From: Tubulanus polymorphus
Taxonomy: Eukaryota > Animalia > Nemertea
Reading direction: 5' to 3'
DNA: 64,000 nucleotides
NCBI RefSeq assembly: GCF_964204645.1
Contig: NC_134026.1
Location: 12,829,950 to 12,893,949 of the forward strand
Part shown: positions 12,520 through 25,859 of the stretch, one piece after another
Layout: every line of letters begins with the position of its first letter
How positions within the stretch are numbered: the first letter of the stretch is position 1
Notes under the pieces: model-generated
The model's input: the letters and a program-made list of their open reading frames with translations, nothing else
The model's database searches: none
Told to the model about the DNA's origin: nothing
Position numbers and translations under genes: made by a program

Positions 12520-13175
12520 CGATGAATCTTTTTGAAAATTAGCTTGAAGATTGGGTCTGGCGAGATGTCCACCCCTATTGGAAAAAAAGGTCATTGGTGT
12601 TCAAGTATGGCTGCCATTGGGGTGGCCATCTTGAATTTCTTGTTTGCCGATGCAACCCGCAATTCTTGATGGATTTCCACAAAATTTGGTGTGAGGATCA
12701 GGGTCAAGCTGTCCATGCCTTATGTATATGGAGGTCATCGACCTTCAAATATGGCCACCAGGTCAGCCATCTTGAATTTCTAGCACGGAATCGCCTGCAA
12801 TTCTTGATGCATTTCCAGGATACTAGGTGAAAGAATTTTGGTAGGTGAAATGTCTACTCTTTATTGAAAATTGAGTTCAAGTATGGCCACCATGGTTGCC
12901 ATTCTTCTTGGATTTCTTTTCAGCACGATGCCTACACCAATTCTTGATGCATTTTTTCATGTAATGTGATCTTTGGGGCAGCTAAAATGGGCTTGTCTTT
13001 TCATGTAAAGATATATTAACAGAAAATGAACATTGTCGCCACATAGCTTATACCTCTTAACTATTTTAAAACTTGTTACATCGTTACAATGTAAATCATT
13101 CTGTAAAACATTGAATACTAAATCATTCTTCTTCTACTGCGTCATGAAGGTACAAGGCCCGTGGGCCTCTTGTTA
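12520..13175 (+). mobile_element. HINE-like element with internal tandem repeats
   Basis: Repeated caa.tatggc..cc...gccatcttgaatttc units; 3' hairpin aggcccgtgggcct followed by cttgtt (related end at about 29390-29410). Confidence 0.6.
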
Positions 13176-15761
13176 TCTCTATTTAATGATGTTAGCACCT
13201 GTCAAACATAGTGAAATAATAGTAACATTATATTCATAACAATAAACTGTGCCGCGGCGTAGACACCCTATAGTGGTATTCCCATTATTCAACACACTAG
13301 GGTGGAATTTTTCAAATTTTCAAATTATCTCCAGGACTATAGGGTAATGATTAGTCAGCATTGAAAGGGTTAATGATCGGTTGCGAACAGACACGCGGGT
13401 GGCAACTGTAGTAATGTATATAGGCCTACTGCTGTTGCCGCGCGCGTACGTGGTGAGCACCTTAAGATGTACACTGTGTGATGATTTTTAGTGAGCATTC
13501 ATCGGCGCATTTTAACTGCAATAATTCAGGGGTCGACCCGTATTGCATGAGATGCTGATTGTTATAGAATGAGGATGTGCCACATTGGAAATAGCCATTA
13601 CCTTCCAAAAGATAAAAGGTCGTTCATGGGTTCAAGATCGCTATAAGTGCTCGGAGAATGCTTTTAATTTCTAAAATTTTCTTGGGGGAGGCCCCAAACC
13701 CCCCTAAAATTGCTTCGCACCTTTGGCGCTCGCGAGTTCTGATGGCTGCGCCTTTACCTTGTTCGCCTGTGTGAATCTACAAAGAAACTGCGGATTTCAA
13801 AGTTAGGCGTTCTCGCAGTTTCATTGGCTATCGTGTTGAATATACCATTATGGAAATTATAGGATGGGAAGGATTGGGCAATTACTCAATACTTTGTAGG
13901 GAAGTTAGATATGGCCTCTGCGCTGACACTATTTTGTTATTGAACCAGATCGTTACATTGAAATAAACTAAACTAAAAACGCAATAATACCTTTATAGAA
14001 CAAATAATCAATTTATTTTCACAATTCCTCAAAGAATTTTTCAGGATGTCGGGAAAATAGGACTACTTTTGCTGTGGGAAATGTCCGTTAAATGGTAATA
14101 GACAACATCACAGAAACCCTGGAAACATGTATTTGTTTTCACTGATGACATCTCATGCATCCACTCACTACTAAACTCTCTCCTACCATATGGACTCTAT
14201 GGTCCTCTTGTTTTGTCATTAGTCAATGCTGGAAAATGGGCCTCAGATGCGTCAAAAACCCCTTGAAATTTCAAAATATTTTGGGGAGAGGGCCCAAAAC
14301 AAGTCTTAGCCGGGACTATGCAACTGAACCCAGGCACTTATTGATCTTAAACTTGACCAGGGGAGCCTCTAAAATATCACCATTGACCCCCAACTTTCTA
14401 GCAATAGGTTAGTTTAGTGAGAAATAACCAAAGTTTGATTTGATTTGGCTTAAACCAGAACTTATGATTATTACATGCATTCTGAGGCTTTTTGGTTTAC
14501 CTTTGTTAGCCATATTGAAGTTGGCATTGAGCCAAATATGTAAAATCGCAGTACGTTTTTAGGCCAGTGGTAGGCTGAGCCTATTACTATACAAATGGAG
14601 CAAATTTAAATATCATGTTTTCCAGAGTAAAGGCTCTTTGACTGTGCAACTGAGCATATATTCTTACTAATCATTCATCAAAGCATTATCCATTCTCCAA
14701 CCCCTATGAAGCTGAATTTTGAAAGAGGGCCTTGTCAAAATTTGTATGACCTTTTTCGCGAAAATCTGATCACAAAAATATCTGTTTAAAAAGCCAATCA
14801 GAAAGCAAAGACTCCTCTATGATTGGCTTAGTCGCAGAGATCAGCAGGTGTTCACGTGAACGATATACGATTGAATAGGTTGATATTCATCATTTCTTGC
14901 GCAAATACTGATACTTAAGGCGTATGGTATAACAATTTAATGTGTGCGATGTGTTCAATAATTCATCTAGTTTTGATATTCCATGCATAAGGTAACATTG
15001 CATCAAGATATCTAACGAAAATGTGGTTTTAAAATGCAGAAATTTACTTACGTGTTCGCCACACGGCTGATTTACTGATAGCATCGGATTTTTAGAGATG
15101 AGTCTGATATATACACGACTGGAATACTTGTTTAATCATCATTAACTGAAGTATTAGCGATCCGTTTTGGAGCTTGATTATGAGTATTAGTTTGTTAACT
15201 ACGGCACAGTGATGAGCGTTCGCGTTGAAAACAGTCGTGTACAGTCGCGTAGGCAATATCGCAATATACTCTCGTGTTCAATGTCGTGAAATTATTAAAA
15301 ACGATGTCAATCGATAAACTTTGTTTCATCAGTAACCGGCACTGGCCTCAAATTTGAAGAACTTGTAGAGCTTCTGTAATGATTGGTCCATATATGATAA
15401 TGAAAAACCTCCAATGAAACCCAGGCCTTCACCAAGTTTGTACCGTATCTTAGCGGGTCACTCATAGTTTTAGTTGTTTCAGGTCGTTCAAGGGATGTAT
15501 TAGAATTTTGAACATTTGTTCTGACAAAAGGCCCATAATCAATTATTGGAATATATCATTCTCCTGTAGTCAGTTATCATCAAAAGTTCACACTGACCAA
15601 AATTGAGTCCTTTTCATATATTTTTTTCTTGTTTAATTGTCAATAAAATGAATTTTTGCGTACCAGTAGGCTACTTGACAGATTTTTAACTTCCCCACAC
15701 CAGTTTGGCGAGCCACTGGACCATTGGTCCTTTATTAACAATTATGGTGGTCTCTTTTCAG

Positions 15762-15886
15762 CGGTGGTATATCTCTTAAAATGAGTAAAGACATGGATAA
15801 AATGCGAGCTGATATGGGTGGTGGAGCATGTGTTGTTGGAGCATTTCTTTCATTAGCTAAATTGAAAGTACCCATTAATGTAAAAG
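15762..15886 (+). CDS. LAP3: Cytosol leucine aminopeptidase, exon B
   Basis: ttttcag acceptor, GT donor at 15887. (S)[41 protein letters not shown](G); phase matches exon A. Confidence 0.97.
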
Positions 15887-16168
15887 GTAGGAACAATGCA
15901 GCATAACAATGTCATGTTAACAATTCTTATTGCATGTACTGTAGCACCACTCACCAAACAACTAAGTGTGTCCACTATTATGGTTACTTATACCTTGGAG
16001 TAATCATTTGACTGGAGAGAGCTCGCCTATTCATTTCGCGCAGCGTATCATAGTTGCAGTCAATCATCGCGCACCTGCTACACAGTGGGCGGGGATTCCA
16101 CTTCGGCAATTTCCGTCAGCACTCGGCGTAACTCGGCGCTTAGCAACTAGTAAATAACACTGGACAAA

Positions 16169-17772
16169 ATGGCGAATGATAACATAGCGTACGGGTTTAG
16201 TCAATCTGATTTTGAGAATAATTCCGAATCTGAAGACAGTGATATTTCGAATTTATTTGAAATTTACTGTTCATGTAAGTCTCAAGAATTGGACGATATA
16301 ATTGCGTGCGAATCACATGCTTGCAGCACAGTTTGGTATCATATGCCATGTGTGCCGAATTTGAAAAAACGATTGGACGAGAACGCCGGAGTTTTTCTGT
16401 GTTCCAATTGCAAAAAAGGTTGGTCGTTGCAATTTTGTGTCTCTCCATCTGGATCTAATCATCTTCACGAAATAATCGTTTGTAAGTACAGATATTTTAT
16501 TCTTTCTTGTAGGGCAAGCTGCTGAACACACTGTTCTGAAAGACTCCTCAAATTCGATAAAGGATGACAAAGTCAAAGAGCTTCAAGTAAAATCTCAGAA
16601 GAAATCAAATGTTCCAACAGTAAAGAAACGAAAAAAAGAACTCAGAACTTTCAGAGTAAGTATTCCCGCATGGTGATTTAAAATAATTATTTTTTGCATT
16701 AATAATAATTTAATATTAATAATTAATTGCTCTATATAATATATAATAATAATATTTTAACATCATATTATTTCATTTTCAGACAAGGCAAAATATTCAT
16801 TGAGTGAGCTCCAACAGGAAAAAATTCAGCTATTTTGTGATGCTGTAAAGGATATTCTTAACTCGGATATAAATAATTCGGAACTTTTGGAAAATGCTAC
16901 CACAGTTTTAAAATTAACTGAAAACCCGAATTATAAAGACACTTGTTAACAGAACTTTTGGAAAAAATTTGGATTGCTGTGACAGCGGGAGACAATAAAA
17001 CACAGTTTCCAAAAAAACAAATCGCAGTCTTTTCGAAATTTCATGAAGTAGCTACTTTGGCACCAGCCATGAATTTTATACAAAGGTTCAAAACAGCATC
17101 AGAAACTCCTTCCATGGGTAGTGACCATTTTCTCATACAGATAATTCTTGAAAATCTTCTTAAAGAAATTCTGAAAAAAGGTACACAAATCCTGATAAAC
17201 AATCACTGGAAATAAATGCAGGTAATTTGACCTTGACAGAGACTGAAAAGCAAGTCGTGTACTATTTGGGTGGTTATGTATGTGCCAAGCTGATTAATCA
17301 CTACAGAAAATGTAAAAATCAACATGCACATATATTTACGAACTTATTAAAGTTATGGGAAGTGTCTCCGGGAGTGTCAAGTACACAAAATTTCATGGTA
17401 TATACCAAGAAATGGACAGAAATTGTGAACAGGGGGGGTTTATTCGAGATGTCAGCGACTGCATACAGGTTCTTTGAAACGTTAGAAACCATTATTAATC
17501 CAATCTTAAAGACAAATAATGTTATGAGACTTCGTCAAGATTTGCGTTCAAATGTTGAAGAGACAGTTTTGAATGACGATTCAATACTAACAAGCTGGTC
17601 ATTACTAGTGGCAAATACAGAATGTGATTCAATTAAAGATTCGTTGTTAGCTAAAGTGGTTGACTGCTGGGTTACAGTGCGACTTCATGCTTTCAGTCGC
17701 GCGTACATGTACCTGTCACAGAAAGATGGTTAAACTGCCAAAAAACGAGAAAAATGTTTAAGAAAAAATTAA
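16169..17772 (+). pseudogene. Spliced transposon accessory gene: N-terminal PHD finger plus YxGGYV/RGGL domain
   Basis: Exons 16169-16418, 16513-16655 and 16783 to about 17772. PHD: YCSC..IIACESHACSTVWYHMPC..FLCSNC. C-terminal: YYLGGYVCAKL...WTEIVNRGGL...WVTVRLHAF. Several frameshifts and a stop at 17733. Confidence 0.7.
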
Positions 17773-17806
17773 AAACTCAGAATGAGTGTCATTGAATTTT
17801 TACCAT

Positions 17807-18600
17807 TTAATGAGTTGATCTTCGTCTAGGTATAGGTGCTGAATTGATGACTGATTCGCCATTTTCTTGAATGATTGTGCAGTTTCCTCTCGCAGAACCT
17901 TTTATTGTCTTGGAACATGCAACAAGCAGTTTTCTTGCATTTTGTTGAAACTCTTTCACGGACGGGTTATCATTTGAGCCTCCACATCTACGTTGCTTGC
18001 TATAGTATATCTCTGATTAAATTTTGCTGTCAATACGTACTGTACACCATCTTCATTCAAAAGCTCATAAATCAAATTGACAGCGGATTTGACTGTAACA
18101 AAGCATTTCATATAGTTTTTGATTTCAAACCATACAATGTATTATGTATATGTACATACAGTGTAATTGTTTATGTAATAAATAATATGATATCCATCAA
18201 TGAAACTTACCAGTTATTCGCAGTCCTTCAAGTGTTTCTCGACTTAAACACATTCTTCTTCGTAATCCGATTGGCAAATCGACTTTTCGGAGGCACTGAA
18301 TTTCCCAATTTTCAAAGAATGGTATGAATTTATTCTCCAACCACTGAAAAAAATGAGAAATAAAAAATTTGCAATCTTTAGCAACCAAGTTTATTAACTG
18401 AATGCACGACTGACTCCGAGATTATGCTTACATCTAATCTGTCCAGGTTTTCTCTTGTGAATGGTGCAATATACTTATTGCGTTGATGAATACTATCAAC
18501 AGTATTTGACACATTCAAGCAATCAAAAAATCGATTCATGTATTTTATCAATTTTCGTGTCGATTCGAGACGAGGATCACCCTTCAGTTTTGATGATTAC
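17807..18600 (-). pseudogene. P-element/THAP9-like transposase, C-terminal remnant (intron-containing)
   Basis: MNRFFDCLNV; WLENKFIPFFENW...LSRETLEGLRIT; YVLTAKFNQ; KQRRCGGSNDNPSVKEF...RGNC...PIPRRRSTH*. Confidence 0.8.
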
Positions 18601-20039
18601 TCCAAGCTTATACTCATTAGAAATGTGATATATATTGAGAAACATTCCTAACATAGAGGAATTTTGTAGCTCTGTGATCATGTCAAGATGGCTGTCCTGT
18701 GACCTTTTTTGTGCCCAAAAATTTCAATTTTTGGCCTGAATTCTGAGTCTTGTAACTTCCTAATGGTTTGCCATTTTTCATTAGGGTTTTCTGTTACATC
18801 ACAGAAAACCCTATTGAGATTCACGAGATTATTAGGGTTTCTGCTGCCTCGGCAGAAACTCTATTGGATTCCTGCTGATTATTATTTTAACATATTTTCC
18901 ACTGAGTTTCGTCACATAAAAATCATCTTCTATTAGCTTTTGACTACTAACACCTTTGAAACGTAATGTTAAACTCTGATAATAATATAACAGTCTCTTT
19001 CTGCGCGTAGTTTCTATGGATGTACTGTGCTTCCTATTTTAAACTTGAAGTTACTTAAAGATAACACCGGTGGAAATAGCAATCATCAATCATGGCGCGA
19101 ATCTGAAAGTTTGTGACGTCATTTCATTAATAAATAATGAAGGAAGGCTCCGAGAATATCCAAATCACAGGTTACTGTGAATAACTGGGGTTCGACCATT
19201 CACAAGTTAAAAATGTACTTCCTTGTTTGTGAAGTAAGTTTATTCATACTGTTATTAAAAGCAGTTCCTTTTAAACATTCTATAATAGTATAGTTTTGTT
19301 CGTGGATATCAATACTTCGAAAAATCAACAGCGGTTTATTTATTTACTGTACCAGTGCGCGTTTTCTTAATTGAATTGAATTGGTCCAGTCCAAAAGGTG
19401 GGTCATACTAGATAGTGTCAGAAAATGTCAGCGTCGGTGATACCTTGTTATCGTCGATATTAACCGGTCTAAAGTCCGTTTATACATCACATACATTACA
19501 AATTGGAGGTTTCTTGTATATGTACATCACATCGTGACGCAGCGGCGATGGTAATGTCATAGAAGAACAAAGTAAGTTGAAAATACCTACCCACTGCACC
19601 GATAAAGAATGTTTGCTAGCCAGAGACCAGTGACAGTCAGTAATGGGGAGTGATGGTACCGTTCGTGATTATGTTTTTATAATGGTTATTGGACGTCAAT
19701 TTCATATGTGAATTGTAGTCCCCAACTGATCGCTTGACTTGTCAGACGGACTTTTCACTCCTCTACTAATAGTAACACTATGAGGCCTTCCCTCCTGCAT
19801 AGTTTACCCTATAGGCCAAATTTGTGCTTTGGGCCAAATTCGGTTTTCTTATCTAGTCGACTTTTTTTCGGAACTAATAATAACCGAATATGCGCTTAAA
19901 CTGTCACTAGGGAATGGTAAAAACACTGTAGCTTCGTTCTGCTCGATGTTATTTCCCCCAAAACCTGGCACATTAGTATTTTGCGCGTAGTAGCACATGT
20001 TGGTCAACATATCCATGTTGTGAGTTGACCCCTAGGTGG

Positions 20040-22953
20040 GACTCTTTCAAAAAAACGGAAAGGAATTGAGAGAATGCGAAATTAATAACCCAAAAAAGTA
20101 TTGGTCGATGCTAAACTCTGCGAGCGGAACAAAAAATAATGAGGCTAATATAGATATCGATATTTTTCTTCAACATTTTATGAGATTAAATGATTTGAAT
20201 AATGTTAACAATGAAACCGATGACGGTGATGAGCCCCCAGACGTGGGTGACCCTCCTGTCTATGACAATTAAATTTTGAACAGTGATATAACCAGTGATG
20301 AAGTAATTAAGGCTATCTCTTTACTCAAAAACAATAAGGCCCCAGGCATTGATGGAATCACAAATGATATCCATTTTTAGTTGATATATTACAAAAATTA
20401 TTCAATTTAGTTCTTATAACAGGATATGTTCCTGAGATGTGGTCTATAGGCGTCATCAAACCCATTTTCAAAAAGAATGGCGATCCCTCTTATCCTGATA
20501 ATTATAGAGGTATTACCTTAGTTAGCTGTCGTGGTAAGTTATTTACAAGTATCCTAAATCAAAGATTGTCAACATTCCTAGATACGAATGACATTATAAG
20601 TGAAGCCCAGGCTGGCTTCAGTTCGAAATATTCCACCATTGATCATATTTACACGCTTAAAACAATCGTAGAGCTGTATCTTTGTCAGGGAAGAAGACTT
20701 TTTTGCGCCTTTGTTGATTTTAAGAAAGCTTTCGACTCGATTTGTAGGGTAACGTTATGGCGAAACTTAATTGCTAACAGTGTTAATGGAAACTTTTTCA
20801 ATGTGGTCAAAAATATGTATAATTCCATAAAATCATGTGTTAAATTTAATGGTTGCATGTCACAATACTTTGCAGCTGATAGACGCTTAACCCTTTCGCT
20901 ACGTGTGACGTTTTGGAAACGTCATATGAGTGACACGTGCTGTGCGTATGACGTTGTAGAAACGTCATGCACCTATTGATTTATAACTCGAACGCGTACA
21001 CAGCAAACAGTATGGAAACGCATGTAAGACAAGATAGTTAGCTTTCTAAACAACAGATGGCGAAAATGCGTCAGTAGTTGGTGCTGTCAGCCTGTTGAGC
21101 ACATGGTAATTTGCGCGGGATTGAGATGGCTCCCCACTTACGTACCTCTACCAGCGGAAAAGGATATCCCATATCAATTGAATTTCTTTCATCCACACCG
21201 TAGCATCAATCACCAAAGACTGAGATAGGCACTTGGGTGAAAAACTGAAAAAAAAAATTTCTAACCCATCCTGACCCCCCCCCCAACACGCCCCCCCCCT
21301 ACAGAAAAGGCTGTTGGTATGATTTTTTACTGATTTTCACTAAATAACATCATAATCTTCGATAAAAACGCGAAAAATCGGGGTTAAAAACAATTTGAAA
21401 AAAATCGAATTTTTCGGAAAATACCTTACGTAGGGGGCGGTGCAAGCGTGTACGCAGCGAAAGGGTTAAGACAAGGCGAAAATCTCTCACCTATCATCTT
21501 TTCGTTATTCTTAAACGACATTGAAGAATTTTTCATTGATCGTGGAAAACCGACTTTGTCATTTATTGAAAAACTAAATTTGAATCGTGACCCTGATATT
21601 GATACTTTACTGAATTTATTCATAATACTATACGCAGATGATACAGTTATTCTTGCTGAGGATGAGAAATCTCTTCAGCTACACTTAGAACCTTATTTGA
21701 ATATTGTGCCGCTAATGGTCTCACTGTAAATTCAGAGAAAACTAAAGTACTCGTATTTGCGCGAAGTAAATCCCAGATAAAAATGATTTCGAAATTTATG
21801 TTTGGTGATCAACAGTTTGAGGTAGTTGAAGATTATGTTTATCTCGGAGTGAAATTTATTTGGAATGGTAACTTTGCTAAGGCAAAAAAGTATTTTTACG
21901 ATAAAGCTATGAGAGCTATGTTTTCGATCGTTCAAAAAGGCAGACGTTTGAAATTGTCCATAGATGTTATGTTTAAATTATTTGATATGTGAGTTGCACC
22001 AATAGCCATGTATGGGTGTGAGATCTGGGGATACGAAAATCTTGATTAATTAGAAAATGTTCATTGCTTCTTCTGTAAAATCTTAATGAAAGTGACGAAA
22101 TATTCTCGCAACTTACAAGTTTTATCAGAGCTAGGACGTTATCCTTTGAATATAGATGTTAGACGCAGGATTGTTAACATTTGGGTAAAAACAGTATCTG
22201 GAAAGCAAACCAAACTTAATTCAATACTTTATAAAATATCTTTCAATTTATTTTTAAGGGATAAATTTAAGAGCCCTTGGTTATCATATATAAAGAAAAC
22301 CTTTGATGACTGTGGTTTGTCCTGCATTTGGATGCAGCAATTCATGACTTACAGTAAATCTTTTTCAAAACGAATAAAACAGATACTCCGTGACCAGCAC
22401 CTTCAAGAAACCGTATCTGCCATAAATACTAATCCGATATACACAAACTTTAGGCAATATAAAAATGGTATTAGGTTAGAGAAGTATATAATAGAACTTG
22501 GTGATGACTTAGGAACTAGTTTATTTGAATTTAGGGTCGGGTCCTATATTATACCTGTGAACAAATTTTCAAACCATTTAGACAGAGCCGATAGAATATG
22601 CCCCACTTGTAATACTTTAGGTGATGAATCCCATTTTCTGTTTGACTGTACCTTACTGAACGAACCCCGGAAAAACTATTTGAATTTGAATACCTTTAAT
22701 ATCCTTGATATTCTGAAAAACCCAGCGGTCAAATTAGCTAAATTCATTATAACCGGCTTAGATGTATATAGATCCCTCCAATAGTACATATAGTATTGTA
22801 AATAGTTGATGTATATATATTTTGTTAAGTTTTCATTCTCTAAATTTTAATCACTACAGTGTTGTTTTGTAAATATTTGTATATACATGTGTAATAGTTT
22901 TCCTCCATATACCATGGAAATGGTTGGAGTGTAAATAAAATCGTAATCGTAAT
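20040..22953 (+). mobile_element. 5'-truncated, decayed RTEX-like LINE (RT plus C-terminal CCHC)
   Basis: PDNYRGITLVS, QAGF, AFVDFKKAFDS, LRQGENLSP, LYADD, YLGV, ELGRYPL, RICPTC..GDESHFLFDC; AATAAA followed by an (ATCGTA)2 tail. Confidence 0.9.
20891..21465. mobile_element. piggyBac-like MITE inserted in the LINE RT
   Basis: TTAA TSDs at 20887-90 and 21466-69; TIR CCCTTTCGCT.CGT. Removing it restores the frame ADRRLRQGENLSP. Confidence 0.9.
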
Positions 22954-23055
22954 AGGAATGTAACAACTGATTTCGGGTGAAATCTTTGCTCGCATCCCTG
23001 AACGACATTCTATCCAGAAAGGCATAAACCCGTTATCGCTGCTTGCAGCTATATT

Positions 23056-23225
23056 TAGGGTTTTCTGTTTCGTCACAGAAAACCCTATTGAGATTCGCGT
23101 GTTTCTTATTAGGGTTTTCTGTTACATCACAGAAAACCCTATTGAGATTCGCGTGATTATTAGGGTTTTCTGTTACATCACAGAAAACCCTGTTGAGATT
23201 CGCGTGTTTCTTATTATTATTATTT
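23056..23225 (+). repeat. Three tandem 51-54 bp copies of the HINE family C 5' hairpin
   Basis: tagggttttctgtt....cacagaaaaccct.ttgagattcgcgtg starting at 23056, 23110 and 23161; matching 3' end at about 25755-25791. Confidence 0.85.
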
Positions 23226-24603
23226 TATCTCACACTATTTTCACTAAAAGAACAAAGGCTTTGTTACCTTGCCGCTGTTGTCGATACAATCCGTATGGTA
23301 TCGTTCAGCTCACTGAGATCTACAAATACATCGCATGTTTTTTCACGAATCATCGTTACAAAAGCACTGTCGGGCCGTAAACATCGAAAATTGAGCCCCA
23401 TTCAAAGAGCCGACATGTTTTTCTAAGTCGTCTTTCCGAAATCTAACGCATGTTTCTTGTCACGTCGATTATCAATTCAACCATAAATTAACAAATTTAT
23501 TACCCAAAGATTGCACATTCAATCGCGGTTAATAAAACTAATTTTAACAATAGCCCATTTTCCTCATCAAATCATATTACCGATACACAGGAAATTTACT
23601 ACTTTAGATTTTAAAAAAAACTGTCGAGCCGTAAACATCGACGAATCGACGTGTGTCACTACATCGTCGTTCCGGGGATCAGCTGCGAGTTTCACCTCAT
23701 CATGAGAATCAAATCGAGTACAAATTAATTTATTACTACCAGTGATTTGGCCGTGGGCTTCAAGCAGTTAGTTTAACAATACCTATTTTTCTTTACCAGA
23801 TCAAACCGTGTATTTACTAAGATAAATCGTTAGTGTACCGGGGACTGTAGGTCTAAACTAACACGCCGAAGAGATATAGCGGAGAAAAGCTGTTGTGTCG
23901 ACGAGGTATCAAAATAAAAGTATATATTACTTTATTTGGCCGCAGGCCTCGACCTCTATATCAATACCATCAATACTCATATATTTCCTACAGTACATAC
24001 CGATCATTGTCAAATGCACAAGGTATTTACTAAATACAAGTATATAACAAACTCCTATCCGTATGCTGGACTCATACTTGACATTTGGAGTAAGCATTCG
24101 CTGTGGGGGAAAGGAGATCGTTCGCTGTGTCGCTTGAAGTGTTTATCGAGTTTTACGCGACCTTAAGGCTTTAGGCCTACCGGCACTGACCTTTACTGTC
24201 TCAAACAAACACAGTATAATTGTTGCGTTTATTAACGGACTCATTTGATTGAACCCTCAAAACAAAATTTACGATATTTAGGAGGGTTGTTATTCAATAG
24301 GCCTACGACCAATCTGTCCAGATGTTAGGCCTACGCATATACATAGGCCTACATAGGCTAGTAGCCTCTACTAGGTTAATGCTAAGTTCACTGTAAAGGA
24401 GGAATCAGATTTATTAAAATGCATGTTAATTAGTGATTAACTGGTTCTGACTTGCAATGATCAATCACAATTATCAGTTTTATTGCCAAAAGTGAAGATT
24501 TTTTTGAAAATTTCTTCTGAGCAGACAGCTTTATAAGCCAGACTTTTCATTTGAGTTTTTTCATCATAAATGAAACTGGTATTTCATTATTCCTAATGAC
24601 TTA

Positions 24604-24931
24604 AGCCGGGCGTAGGTCGGCCTTGCAAAGGCTTGTGACTCACTGCAATGCCATTCACTGCGACCGTCAGCGACGATTGTGTCGCAACGACTCATCGACC
24701 TACGCTCCCTTGCGACGGGTTGCGACTGTCAGCAACGCCAGTCACAATGAGTCGCACGTGTTCTACTTTCTGCGACACGACACGACTGTCACAACTGACC
24801 TACGTGCTCTTGCAACAGGCTGAAACTAGTCGCACACAGTCGCTGACAATCGTATCGCAACCGACTTGCACCGAAACATTGGATGCAATGCGAGGATCGC
24901 ATCGCGTCTGAAGGCCGACCTACGTCCGGCT
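24604..24931. mobile_element. PIF/Harbinger-type MITE, copy 2
   Basis: Same TIRs and interior as 6370-6706; TTA TSD at 24601-03 and 24932-34. Confidence 0.85.
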
Positions 24932-24964
24932 TTAAGTTACTGCCGAGCCCCAGAAATATCTTTT

Positions 24965-25440
24965 TTTTTCGTTCAAAAGACCTTTCACTTGAAAATTCTT
25001 TCCTCGGAACAAAATTTATTTCGTTCGAACCAATAATATTCTGTTCGAATGAACCAATTTGAAAAAATCATTAGAACAAAGTTTTTTTGTCCAATCGAAA
25101 GGTTTTTCGTTCGAACAATCGTTCGATCGAAACAGAATCATTTTAATTTGAACAGAATTTTCTTGTCAGAACATTAAGTTTTTCGTTCTAACAAGTATAT
25201 TGTAAAAAGTTTTTTCTCCAAACGAAAGGTTTTTCGTTCGAACAACCGTTCAATCGAACAGAATCGTTTTAATTTGAACAGAATTTTCTTGTCAGAACAC
25301 TTAAGTTTTTCGTTCGAACAAGTACATTGTAAAAAGTTTTTTCTCCGAACCAAAAGTATTAAGTATTTCGTTCAATCGAACAGAATTGTTTTCATTGAAA
25401 CAAGATTTTCTTGTCGGAACATTAAGTTTCTTGGTCGAAC
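24965..25440. repeat. Minisatellite with roughly 110-130 bp units built from gttcgaac subrepeats
   Basis: Repeated cgaaaggtttttcgttcgaacaa...aatttgaacagaattttcttgtcagaac. Confidence 0.75.
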
Positions 25441-25859
25441 GGCGTGTTAAGGTCGTTTTGGAAATTTACTTGGTCTGGTATATTTTGGATTACTGTGTAT
25501 GTCATTTGTCAGGACATTTAACAGAAGACGACTTAGGATACTACCTAGCGTGACTCCACTAGTAAGACTGACTTATTCCAAGATGAGGCGTTCCGTTGAT
25601 TTGGGCTACAAGTTTTCGTTCAGAGATAACTGCTGAGCCATTTGAGTGACCTATCATTGATACTGTTTCCTAATAGCCTGTTTAGTAATGGCTGATGTTG
25701 TGCCTTATTAAATGCTTTGTCGAAATCCACCGTTGAACAGGATTCTAAGACTGTGCAGAAAACCCGTTATCTCTGCTTTGCAGCTATATTTGCAATTTGT
25801 GATGGGTATTCTTTGAAGTTCTTTTATACCTGAGACAGGTATTTTTGATCAGCCATTAA

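Larger units (their letters stand above)
18781..23055 (+). mobile_element. HINE/DINE-1-like family C element enclosing a LINE
   Basis: 5' hairpin tagggttttctg..cagaaaaccc at 18781; 3' end aaacccgttatcgctgcttgcagctatattt at about 23025-23055. Pairing of these two ends is inferred. Confidence 0.5.

Noticed and set aside
15930-16010. Left terminus of the P-like element
   Set aside because: I could not find a matching inverted repeat or TSD, so the boundaries are left undefined.
23056-23225. CRISPR-like palindromic repeats
   Set aside because: No unique spacers, no cas genes and a eukaryotic context; the units match HINE termini elsewhere in the window.
24295-24375. Cluster of TAGGCCTA palindromes as a regulatory module
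   Set aside because: The motif is scattered through the window and nothing in the sequence supports a function.
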